From: Lysobacteraceae bacterium
GTDB taxonomy: Bacteria; Pseudomonadota; Gammaproteobacteria; Xanthomonadales; BPKI01
Direction: 5' to 3'
NCBI GenBank assembly: GCA_035444205.1
Contig: DAOMOD010000004.1
Location: 1 to 48,562 of the forward strand
DNA: 48,562 nt
In this document: piece after piece, positions 34,848-42,942 of the stretch
How positions within the stretch are numbered: the stretch's first letter is position 1
How the letters are laid out: every line of letters starts with the position of its first letter
Position numbers and translations under genes: made by a program
The notes under the pieces: generated by a model
What the model saw: only the letters and a program-made list of their open reading frames with translations
Databases searched by the model: none
What the model was told of the DNA's origin: nothing

Positions 34848-36203
34848 TTGCCCCCCTCCCGACGATCTCCCTGGCAATCCACCCCCGGCCGCGGCACGAG
34901 TTACGAGGCGCGCGTGTTCGTGGGTGCGCTGGTGGTGGCGGTGCCCTCGTTGCTGGCAGCGGCTGCGCTGCTCTGGCACCGGGGTGTGCTGGACAGCGTC
35001 TTCTGGACCGTAGCCGCGGTGGTAGTGTTTGCCACGCTGATCCTGGCCTACCGGTTGCGCAACCGCGTGGTGTTTCCGCTGTACACGCTGTCGAACCTGC
35101 TGGAGGCGCTGCGTGAGGGCGATTACAGTCTGCGCGGTTCGCGCGCCAGGCGGCGCGACGCCATCGGCGAGGTGGTGTGGGAAATCAACATGCTGTCGCA
35201 GACCTTGCGCGAGCAGCGGGTCAAGGTCGAGGAGACCTCGGCACTGCTCGGCAAGGTGATCGCCGCCGGCGATATCGCCATCTTCACCTTCGACGACGCG
35301 CATCGCCTGCGCCTGGTCAATCCCGCCGGCGAACGCCTGCTGGCGTCGCGGGCCAACGAACTTCTCGGTCGCAGCGCGGCCGAGCTCGGCCTGCTCGATT
35401 GCCTCGATGTGCCGGTCGCCGCCACCGTCAAGCGTGCCTTTCCCGGCGGCAGCGGCCGCTTCGACGTGCGCCACGCCACTTTCCGCGAGGGTGGGCGCCC
35501 ACACGATCTTCTGGTCATCACCGACCTGTCGCGCGCGCTGCGTGAAGAGGAGCGTGCCGCCTGGCAGCGCCTGATCCGCGTGTTGGGGCATGAGCTCAAC
35601 AATTCGCTTGCGCCGATCAAGTCGATGGCCGGTACGCTGAACAGCCTGATGGCGCAGCAGCCGCTGCCCGAGGACTGGCGCGAGGATCTGGGAGAGGGCC
35701 TCGGCCTCATCGGCGACCGAGCCGAGGCGCTGTCGCGCTTCATGGCCGGCTACACCTCGCTGGCAAGGTTGCCTGCGCCGAGCAAGCGGCCAATGGCGCT
35801 GGAAGAGGTGTTGGCACGCGTGGTGCGACTGGAACAGCGCAAGGCGGTGCTGCTGGACGCCGGCCCGGCGGTCGAGATGGAGGCCGATCCCGACCAGCTC
35901 GAACAGGCGCTGATCAACCTGGTCAAGAACGCGGTGGAGGCGAGCCTGAGCGGTGGCGGCAAGGTGACGGTCCGCTGGCTGGCGGATGCCGAGGAAGTGC
36001 TGATCGAGGTTGTCGACGAGGGTCCCGGACTTGCCAGCACCGAGAACCTGTTCGTGCCCTTCTTCACCACCAAACCCGGCGGCTCCGGCATCGGACTGGT
36101 ACTGGCGCGGCAGATCGTCGAGGGTCACGGCGGCAGCCTGGCGCTGGAGAACCGCAGCCCGGGTCCGGGTTGTGTGGCGCGGGTGGTGCTGCCGCGGGGG
36201 TAG
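34848..36203 (+). CDS. HAMP/PAS sensor histidine kinase (NtrB-like), partner of the sigma54 regulator
   Basis: Two N-terminal TM helices, HAMP-like ...LSNLLEALREGDYSLRG... and H-box LIRVLGHELNNSLAPIKS, with a C-terminal ATPase (GSGIGLVLARQIVEGHGG). The start is TTG 34848 (no SD) or GTG 34914 (GAGG 6 nt upstream). Confidence 0.85.
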   Translation: MPPSRRSPWQSTPGRGTSYEARVFVGALVVAVPSLLAAAALLWHRGVLDSVFWTVAAVVVFATLILAYRLRNRVVFPLYTLSNLLEALREGDYSLRGSRARRRDAIGEVVWEINMLSQTLREQRVKVEETSALLGKVIAAGDIAIFTFDDAHRLRLVNPAGERLLASRANELLGRSAAELGLLDCLDVPVAATVKRAFPGGSGRFDVRHATFREGGRPHDLLVITDLSRALREEERAAWQRLIRVLGHELNNSLAPIKSMAGTLNSLMAQQPLPEDWREDLGEGLGLIGDRAEALSRFMAGYTSLARLPAPSKRPMALEEVLARVVRLEQRKAVLLDAGPAVEMEADPDQLEQALINLVKNAVEASLSGGGKVTVRWLADAEEVLIEVVDEGPGLASTENLFVPFFTTKPGGSGIGLVLARQIVEGHGGSLALENRSPGPGCVARVVLPRG

Positions 36204-36214
36204 GGGGCTTCTTC

Positions 36215-36383
36215 GGGGCCCAGGGCTTTAGGGCTTAGGGCCTAGGGCCTAGGGCCTAGGGAACAGCTCGCAAGTAAAGAGTGCTGTCGCGGTGCTCCGA
36301 TAAGCATGGAAAGCCTGCCTTCGCTCCGAGCTTGCCGCCCTCTAGGCCCTAGGCCCTAGGCCCTGATAGGCGGCCCTAGGCCC
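36215..36383. repeat. heptamer-array hairpin element B: (GGGCYTA)x5-6, 84-nt core, (TAGGCCC)x5
   Basis: Left array 36215-36258, with GGGCCTA x3 at 36238-36258. Right array 36343-36383, with TAGGCCC x3 at 36343-36363, one unit carrying a GCG insertion, and one more unit. The inner 21 bp are perfectly complementary. Confidence 0.85.
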
Positions 36384-36437
36384 TGGCAAGCCAATCCGAT
36401 ACCCTTGCCGCCCCTTCGAGTCCTGATCCGACTGCCC

Positions 36438-36845
36438 ATGTCCCAGAGCGAAATCCTTACCCCCGTCTCCGTCGGCGAGCTGCTCGACAAGATTGCCATT
36501 CTCGAAATCAAGTCCGAACGAATCGGCGACGAGGCCAAGCTGGTCAATGTGCGCCGCGAGCTCGAGGCCTTGAGTGGAGTCTGGTCCGGGGCTCCGGCGT
36601 CGGCGGTCGACCTCGGTGATCTGCGCCAGCGGCTCAAGGCGGTGAACGAGCGCCTGTGGGTGATCGAGGACGACATCCGACGGAAGGAGAAGGCCAAGGC
36701 CTTCGACGACGAGTTCATCCAGCTGGCCCGCGCCGTTTATTTCGAGAACGACGAGCGCGCGCGCATCAAGAAGGACATCAACCTGCGTACCGGCTCGGTT
36801 TTCGTCGAGGAGAAGTCGTACCAGGACTATGGGAACAGGGAGTAG
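36438..36845 (+). CDS. small conserved hypothetical protein, DUF6165-like (135 aa)
   Basis: MSQSEILTPVSVGELLDKIAILEIKSERI...LWVIEDDIRRKE...FIQLARAVYFENDERARIKKDIN...VEEKSYQDY. The family name is from memory of similar LPS-locus proteins. Confidence 0.6.
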   Translation: MSQSEILTPVSVGELLDKIAILEIKSERIGDEAKLVNVRRELEALSGVWSGAPASAVDLGDLRQRLKAVNERLWVIEDDIRRKEKAKAFDDEFIQLARAVYFENDERARIKKDINLRTGSVFVEEKSYQDYGNRE

Positions 36846-37015
36846 GGAGCAGCGTCGCAGGTCAAACCCGCCCATGCGGGCCAGGGTGCGACCCGGGTGC
36901 GGTACGGATGCGAAGTGACAATTGCGAGTCCGGATCGAGCAGAGCATGAGTGCGCGACGCTTTTCCGGGTCCCGGGTCCCGGGTCCCGGGTCCCGATTCC
37001 CGAGTCCCGAGTCCC
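36831..37015. repeat. heptamer-array element C: (GGGAACA GGGAGTA GGGAGCA), 115-nt core, (GGGTCCC)x4 GATTCCC (GAGTCCC)x2
   Basis: The left array 36831-36851 overlaps the last codons and stop of the DUF6165-like gene. The right array is 36967-37015. The arms are only partly complementary (GGGA/TCCC plus 1-2 positions per unit). Confidence 0.8.
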
Positions 37016-37038
37016 GGCTTTTCCCCTATCCTTCCCCC

Positions 37039-37809
37039 ATGCCCGGCACACCTGCGCCCCCGTATGTCAGTCAGCTCGAAACGCCGCACGGCGCGATCCT
37101 GTGCGACGAGGAGGTGGCGGACCGGATCGACATCGCCTGGTTCGACGTCGAGCACTGGCGCCGGCAGGGTGGTGCCGACGCGACGCCGGCCGGACGCGGC
37201 GCCGCGGCCTTCGTCGAAACGCCGGCCGGGCCCATGGTGCTGCGGCGCTATCTGCGCGGTGGCCTGGCGGCGCGACTGAGCCGCGACCGCTACCTGTTCA
37301 CAGGCGCCGACCGAACCCGCGGTTTTGCCGAGTTTCGCATGTTGGCGAAGCTGCGTCGGGCCGGCCTGCGCGTGCCGCAGCCGCTGGCGGCGATGTACCG
37401 GCGCCACGGGCTGTTCTACGCCGCTGCCATCCTGGTGGCACGTATCGAGGGCGTGACGCGTCTTTGCGAACTGCTGGACAGGGCCGACCACAGGCTGTTC
37501 GCTCATGTGGGACGTGCGATCGGAGACCTGCACCGGCAACGTGTCTGGCATGCCGATCTGAACGCCGACAACATCCTGCTCGATGAGGGCGGCGATGTGT
37601 GGCTGGTCGATTTCGACCGTGCGCGCGTACGCGACCAGCCCGGCGACGGCGCCTGGGCGCTCGGCAACCTGGCGCGCCTGCGCCGCTCCATGTTCAAGTT
37701 CGAGGCGCCGCGCCGCATGGCCGATTTCGAGGGCGCATGGGCCGAGCTGCTGCGTGGTCATGCGGTGGTCCTGCGCGGTACCGACCGACCGCTCGGGAAG
37801 CCGGCATGA
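37039..37809 (+). CDS. kdkA: 3-deoxy-D-manno-octulosonic acid (Kdo) kinase (256 aa)
   Basis: ...GRGAAAFVETPAGPMVLRRYLRGGL...FAEFRMLAKLRRAGLRVPQPLAA...VWHADLNADNILLDEGGDVWLVDFDRA matches KdkA signature blocks. Confidence 0.8.
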   Translation: MPGTPAPPYVSQLETPHGAILCDEEVADRIDIAWFDVEHWRRQGGADATPAGRGAAAFVETPAGPMVLRRYLRGGLAARLSRDRYLFTGADRTRGFAEFRMLAKLRRAGLRVPQPLAAMYRRHGLFYAAAILVARIEGVTRLCELLDRADHRLFAHVGRAIGDLHRQRVWHADLNADNILLDEGGDVWLVDFDRARVRDQPGDGAWALGNLARLRRSMFKFEAPRRMADFEGAWAELLRGHAVVLRGTDRPLGKPA

Positions 37810-38588
37810 CGGCGGCGCTGTCGCTCGAGTTTCTCGGCGTGGGCAGCGCCCACGCCGTCGGTCTCGGCTCGGCGTCGGCGGTGCTGCTGCGTGACGGTGT
37901 TCCCGACCTGATGATCGACTGCGGGCCGCAGGCGCTGGAGCGCTTCCTGGAAAGATTCGACGAAGTCCCGCGCGCGCTGTTCATCACCCATGCCCACCTC
38001 GACCACATCGGCGGCATGGAAAGGTTGTTCGGCCTGGTCCACTGGAATGCCGACCTGTGTGGGCGCGTGCGCCTGTACGTGCCGGCGCCGGTGGTGCCCT
38101 GGCTGCAGCGGCGACTGGCCGACTACCCCGAAGTGGCCGCCGAGGGTGGAGTCAATTTCTGGGACGCTTTCCGGCTGGTGCCGGTATCGTCCGGGTTCTG
38201 GCATGCCGGCCTGCGTTTCGACGTGTTTGCGGTGCGCCATCACGCCCCGGACACGGCCTTCGGCCTGGCATTGCGCGGCAGCTTCGTTTTCAGTGGCGAC
38301 ACCCGCCCCATTCCCGAGGTGCTGGCGCAAGTCGCTTCCAACGGCGAGCCGGTACTGCACGACTGCGCCCTGGCCGGCAACCCCTCGCACAGCGGCATCG
38401 ACGACATCGAGCGCGAGTATTCGCCCGACCTTCTACGGCGACTGGTGCTGTACCACTACGGTTCGGCTGCCGACGGCGAGTCGCTGGCGGCAAGGGGCTA
38501 TCGCGTCGCGCGTCCTGGCGATACCCTGAGCCTGTCGCCGCCGGCGGCCGAGGTGCGACTGGCGGCCCACCAGGAGCCGACCGCGTGA
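37806..38588 (+). CDS. MBL-fold metallo-hydrolase (260 aa)
   Basis: Inner start MTAALSLEFLGVGSA with an ATGA overlap on kdkA. HxHxDH motif ITHAHLDHIGG. Confidence 0.8.
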   Translation: MTAALSLEFLGVGSAHAVGLGSASAVLLRDGVPDLMIDCGPQALERFLERFDEVPRALFITHAHLDHIGGMERLFGLVHWNADLCGRVRLYVPAPVVPWLQRRLADYPEVAAEGGVNFWDAFRLVPVSSGFWHAGLRFDVFAVRHHAPDTAFGLALRGSFVFSGDTRPIPEVLAQVASNGEPVLHDCALAGNPSHSGIDDIEREYSPDLLRRLVLYHYGSAADGESLAARGYRVARPGDTLSLSPPAAEVRLAAHQEPTA

Positions 38589-39631
38589 AGCCGACACCAT
38601 CGCTACCGCTCGAAATCCAGTCGCGCCCGCGCGACCGTCTCGGGCGCGGGCTGAAGGACCTGCGCATTTCGGTGGTCGACACCTGCAACTTCCGCTGCCC
38701 CTACTGCATGCCGGAGGAGCGTTACCCGCGCGATCACGCCTTCCTGTCCTCGCGCGAGCGCCTGGATTTCGACGAGATCGAGCGCCTGGCGCGGCAGTTC
38801 GTCATGCTCGGCGTGCGCAAGCTGAGGCTCACCGGCGGCGAGCCGCTGCTCAGGCGCGATCTTCCCGATCTGGTCAGGTCCTTGGCGACGATTCCCGGTC
38901 TGCACGACCTGGCGCTGACCACCAATGCCAGCCTTCTGGCCGCACAGGCGCCGGCATTGCGAGCGGCCGGACTGCACCGCATCACGGTGAGCCTGGATTC
39001 GCTGGATCCCGACCGGTTCGCTGCGCTGTCCGGCGGACGCGGGCAGCTGGCCGAGGCACTGCGCGGCATCGCCGCTGCCGAGCGCGCCGGCTTCACGCCG
39101 ATGAAGATCAACGTCGTGGTGCAGCGCGGCATCAACGACCAGGACGTGATGGGGCTGGTGGAATACTTCCGTGGCAGCGGCCACATCCTGCGTTTCATCG
39201 AGTTCATGGACGTCGGCACCTGCAACGGCTGGCGTCTCGACCGCGTGGTGCCCTCGGCGCTGCTGCGCAGGCGAATCCACTCGCGCTGGCCGCTGATCGC
39301 ACTTGGTCGCCACGAGCGCAGCGAAGTGGCCAGCCGCTATGCCTTTGCCGACGGCGCCGGCGAGATCGGATTCGTGTCCTCGGTCAGCGAACCCTTCTGT
39401 GGCGACTGCGCACGCGCCCGGTTGTCGGCCGACGGGCAGTTGTTCACCTGTCTGTTCGCCAGCCGCGGCCACGACCTGCGCGGGCCGTTGCGTGCCGGCA
39501 TCAGCGACTACGAACTGCGCACCCTGATCGCGCGCCTGTGGAACGCGCGCGGCGACCGCTACAGCGAACTGCGCCAGGCCGCGACCGGGCAGGCGCCAGG
39601 ACGCGTAGAGATGTACCGGATCGGAGGCTGA
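38585..39631 (+). CDS. moaA: GTP 3',8-cyclase MoaA (348 aa)
   Basis: GTG start overlapping the MBL stop (GTGA). Radical-SAM CNFRCPYC and C-terminal cluster motif CGDCARARLSADGQLFTCLF. Confidence 0.9.
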   Translation: MKPTPSLPLEIQSRPRDRLGRGLKDLRISVVDTCNFRCPYCMPEERYPRDHAFLSSRERLDFDEIERLARQFVMLGVRKLRLTGGEPLLRRDLPDLVRSLATIPGLHDLALTTNASLLAAQAPALRAAGLHRITVSLDSLDPDRFAALSGGRGQLAEALRGIAAAERAGFTPMKINVVVQRGINDQDVMGLVEYFRGSGHILRFIEFMDVGTCNGWRLDRVVPSALLRRRIHSRWPLIALGRHERSEVASRYAFADGAGEIGFVSSVSEPFCGDCARARLSADGQLFTCLFASRGHDLRGPLRAGISDYELRTLIARLWNARGDRYSELRQAATGQAPGRVEMYRIGG

Positions 39632-39634
39632 GCC

Positions 39635-40132
39635 ATGAACGAACCGGTCAGCCTGACCCACCTCGACGAAGCAGGTCGCCCGCGCATGGTCGACATCGGC
39701 GACAAGCAGGTCACCCGGCGCAGCGCCGTGGCCGAGGCCGTCGTGCGCTTTCCCGCTACCGTCGCGGCCGAGTTGCGCCGGCAGGACATGCGCACGGCCA
39801 AGGGTGCCATCGCCGACACCGCCATTGTGGCCGGCGTGATGGCGGCCAAGCGCACCCACGAACTGATTCCCTTCTGCCATCCGCTACCGCTGGAGCGCTG
39901 CAAGGTGGCACTTCATTGGCACGATGATGTTGCGCTGGCGGTCACCTGCGAAGTCGCCGCCACCCACCGCACCGGGGTCGAGATGGAGGCGCTGACCGGT
40001 GCCGGCATCGCCGCGCTCACCGTCTACGACATGTGCAAGGCGCTCAGCCTGGACATCGCCATCGACGGCGTTCGTCTGCTGGCCAAGCACGGCGGGCGGC
40101 GCGACTTCGATCGCCGGAGGGGCACACCATGA
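39635..40132 (+). CDS. moaC: cyclic pyranopterin monophosphate synthase MoaC (165 aa)
   Basis: LTHLDEAGRPRMVDIGDK...KRTHELIPFCHPLPL...TGVEMEALTGAGIAALTVYDMCKA. Confidence 0.9.
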   Translation: MNEPVSLTHLDEAGRPRMVDIGDKQVTRRSAVAEAVVRFPATVAAELRRQDMRTAKGAIADTAIVAGVMAAKRTHELIPFCHPLPLERCKVALHWHDDVALAVTCEVAATHRTGVEMEALTGAGIAALTVYDMCKALSLDIAIDGVRLLAKHGGRRDFDRRRGTP

Positions 40133-40368
40133 AGATCGTGGTGCGCTATTTCGCCAGTCTGCGCGACGCCGCTGGCTGCGACGAGCAGAAGATCGAGACC
40201 AGCGCCGCCGATGCCGACGCGCTGTTCCACGAGCTGCGCGCGCAGCATGGATTCGCCTGGCCCACCGATCGCCTGCGTGTGGCGATCAACGGCGCCTTCG
40301 CCCAATGGTCGACCCGGCTGGCCGATGGCGACGAGGTCGTGTTCCTTCCCCCGGTGTCCGGCGGATGA
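40129..40368 (+). CDS. moaD: molybdopterin synthase sulfur-carrier subunit MoaD (79 aa)
   Basis: MKIVVRYFASLRDAAG...DGDEVVFLPPVSGG (C-terminal GG). ATGA overlap with moaC. Confidence 0.85.
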   Translation: MKIVVRYFASLRDAAGCDEQKIETSAADADALFHELRAQHGFAWPTDRLRVAINGAFAQWSTRLADGDEVVFLPPVSGG

Positions 40369-40784
40369 ATCACTTCACGCTCAGCGCCATACCGATCGAA
40401 CCCGACGTCATGCGTCCGGGCCTGCGCGCCGGGGGTGCTGGCGCATTCGTCGAGTTCCAGGGCTGGGTGCGCGACCACGCCGACGGCCGAGACGTGGTCG
40501 GCCTCGAGTATCAGGCCTACGACGTGCTCGCCAACCGAGAGGGCGAGCGCATCGTCCTGGAGACTCTGGAGCGTTTCGACATTACGGCTGCGGCCTGCGT
40601 GCATCGTACCGGCGCCCTGGCTGTCGGCGAATGTGCGGTGTGGGTCGGCGTCAGCGCGGCGCACCGCGATGCCGCCTTTGCCGCGTGCCGGCACATCATC
40701 GACGAGGTCAAGTCGCGCGTACCGATCTGGAAGCGCGAGACCTATGCCGACGGCGATTCCGGCTGGGTGCATCCGGAAGGATGA
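40365..40784 (+). CDS. moaE: molybdopterin synthase catalytic subunit MoaE (139 aa)
   Basis: ...GAFVEFQGWVRDH...LEYQAYDVLA...VWVGVSAAHRDAAFAACRHIIDEVKSRVPIWKRE. ATGA overlap with moaD. Confidence 0.9.
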   Translation: MNHFTLSAIPIEPDVMRPGLRAGGAGAFVEFQGWVRDHADGRDVVGLEYQAYDVLANREGERIVLETLERFDITAAACVHRTGALAVGECAVWVGVSAAHRDAAFAACRHIIDEVKSRVPIWKRETYADGDSGWVHPEG

Positions 40785-41028
40785 ACGTGGCGAGCTGATC
40801 GACATGAGCCGGTTTCCGAATGATCAACCCTGACGACGTTGGTTTCGTGGCCTGCGAACCGCTCGGCTGCGGTATGGTCCGGCGATCCCGCGGGCCAGGA
40901 TGGCGATTGCGCGCAACGGATGCAGGCGGGATCTCGGGGGCAAGTCGGGCTGTATGGAGCATCGAGTAATGAAAGATTTCGGCGCGGGTCCCCGTGGCCG
41001 CACGGGACGCTGCGATCCCGCCTGGCGC

Positions 41029-42405
41029 ATGCGCCGCTTGCGGATGTCCGTCGCGATGCCGCTGCTTGCAGCGCTCTCACTGGCTCACGCGGGTGACCCT
41101 GTGCCCACGGTGATCGTCGACATCCACGACATCGGCCATGCCGCCGTCGAGTCCCTGCGCCGACACCACGATGTGCGTTGGTCGGCGGAATTCGGCAACG
41201 AGCTGCTGCTGGGGGTGGGCGAAGAGGCGCTGCCAGCCTGGCTGAATCGCACCGATGTCCGCCTGGGGCCGCCGCGCCTGGCCTTCGACGAGGTAGTGGT
41301 GCGCGACCATGCATGCCCTCGTCATGACCAGGCGCCGGCGTTGACGGTGGTGGGCGGATTCGAGATTCTGCGCAGGCCGCCGCCACTGGCCAGAGCACTC
41401 AGCCCCGCGCTTGGAATCGGCCGCCCGCTGCCGGCAGACGGTGTCGTTTCCCGCGAGGTACGCAACAGCGTTGGCGGCAAGCAGGCGAGAGTGGTCGAGG
41501 GCGGGCTGCAGGCGAGCGTGAGTCGGGTCGACGGCATGCGCTGGTTCACCACCATGAGCGAACTGGCCGCCTTCGATCGCAACAGTTTCTCCAGCGGAAT
41601 CCATACTTCGCACGACTGGATCCTGGCGCACTTCGAAGGCCTCGGCCTCGATACCGGCAGTCATGCCTTCACGCTTGGCGGGAGTGGCTGCGCCAGCCCG
41701 CAACCGCAGCCGGTCGGTCTGCACAATCCCTATGCGTTGCGTCCCGGCGACGGGCGCGCCCACGAGTGGATCGTGATCGGCGCGCACTACGACTCGCGCA
41801 ATCAGGTGCGCTGCGATGGTGGGGCCAACCCACAGCCTGGCGCCAACGACAATGCCTCTGGCTGTGCCGGAGTCATCGAACTGGCGCGCGTGTTCGCCCG
41901 CGTCCCGACTGAGCGCAGCCTGCTGTTCATCTGCTTCGCCGGTGAGGAGCAGGGTCTTGCCGGAAGCTATCGCTTCGTCGAATTCCTGATCGACAGCGGA
42001 GACATCGACCGCGTCCAGCACATGATCAACCTCGACATGATCGGCCATGCCGTGGACAGCAGGCTCGACGCGAGGGTGGAGACCAATTCGGCCAACGCCG
42101 GCTTGCTTCTGGAATACGCCGCAATGGCCGCCACCTACGCCCCGGAACTCAACCTGATCACCAGCAGCACCACGCAGGCCTATTCCGATCACTGGCCATT
42201 CCTGGCCGCCGGAGTCCCGTCGGTATTCACCTGGGAAAACGGCGCCGGAATCTATCCCTATTGGCATCACGTCGACGACGTACCGGCGAACATGCAGTTC
42301 GCGCGCGAACTGGCGTCCGGAATCCTGAAGATGGATGCGGCCATGCTGGCGCAGCGCGCCGGATCACTGGCGGTGTTCTTCGGCGACTTCGAGGCGCGCG
42401 AATAA
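41029..42405 (+). CDS. secreted M28 family metallopeptidase (about 458 aa)
   Basis: Signal peptide MRRLRMSVAMPLLAALSLAHA. Zn ligand blocks IGAHYDS, GANDNASGCAGVIELA, FAGEEQGLAGS, NLDMIG and SDHWPF. The start is uncertain (40900-41044). Confidence 0.8.
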   Translation: MRRLRMSVAMPLLAALSLAHAGDPVPTVIVDIHDIGHAAVESLRRHHDVRWSAEFGNELLLGVGEEALPAWLNRTDVRLGPPRLAFDEVVVRDHACPRHDQAPALTVVGGFEILRRPPPLARALSPALGIGRPLPADGVVSREVRNSVGGKQARVVEGGLQASVSRVDGMRWFTTMSELAAFDRNSFSSGIHTSHDWILAHFEGLGLDTGSHAFTLGGSGCASPQPQPVGLHNPYALRPGDGRAHEWIVIGAHYDSRNQVRCDGGANPQPGANDNASGCAGVIELARVFARVPTERSLLFICFAGEEQGLAGSYRFVEFLIDSGDIDRVQHMINLDMIGHAVDSRLDARVETNSANAGLLLEYAAMAATYAPELNLITSSTTQAYSDHWPFLAAGVPSVFTWENGAGIYPYWHHVDDVPANMQFARELASGILKMDAAMLAQRAGSLAVFFGDFEARE

Positions 42406-42942
42406 CCCCATCGATCCGCGCGTAGTAGTCGAAATTGACTATCGACTTTCGCGCCTGCTCGGGCGGGGCTCGGGGTGTCGATTCAGGGGGACGCAGCCTC
42501 GATGAAACTCCCGTCATTCAGGGGGTGGTCCTGTCTGCCCGCCTTGACCCTGGCAGTTGCCGGGCCGGTCTGTCTTGCTTCGCCTGCCTCGTCTGTCGAC
42601 ACCGCCACCAATGCTGTGGCGCACGCAGCCTTGACGAAGAACCCGCTGCCGTCGGGCAGTGAATTCGCCATCCGTCGACAGTCGATGGGAGCAGGCGAAT
42701 CGCAGTGAGGGTTCTGGAAGCACGGTGGGCGGCGGTGAAGGCAATCGAGTCCTGGGTCGGCTGAGTGCCGTCGCCGGAGGACAGGAGAACAGCGTCGGCG
42801 ACCAGCAGCAGCACAGGCCGCCATGATCAGGCGATCGACAAGCTGCATGCGGCGTTTCCCCTGGACACGCTGCCCGGGATTGTCTGCGCCGACCACAGCC
42901 CTGTCATCCTCTGGGCGCTGCCACAAGACTGCGCAGCGTGAA

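Noticed and set aside
34647-37015. Possibility that the short tandem repeats are CRISPR arrays
   Set aside because: The units are 7 nt and directly abutting with no spacers. The arrays come in inverted pairs, and there are no cas genes in the window.
36852-37038. Moco riboswitch upstream of the moa genes
   Set aside because: moaA is overlap-coupled to upstream genes. The only upstream non-coding region is element C, which I cannot match to the Moco motif from memory. A covariance-model (Rfam) scan would be needed.
42475-42942. Candidate genes between the M28 peptidase and the TPR gene (77-aa plus-strand ORF with signal-like MKLPSFRGWSCLPALTLAVAGPVCLA; 147-aa and 98-aa minus-strand ORFs)
   Set aside because: The ORFs overlap each other, none has a recognisable motif or clear SD, and GC3 is only moderate. 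The 77-aa ORF remains possible but is not supportable from sequence alone.
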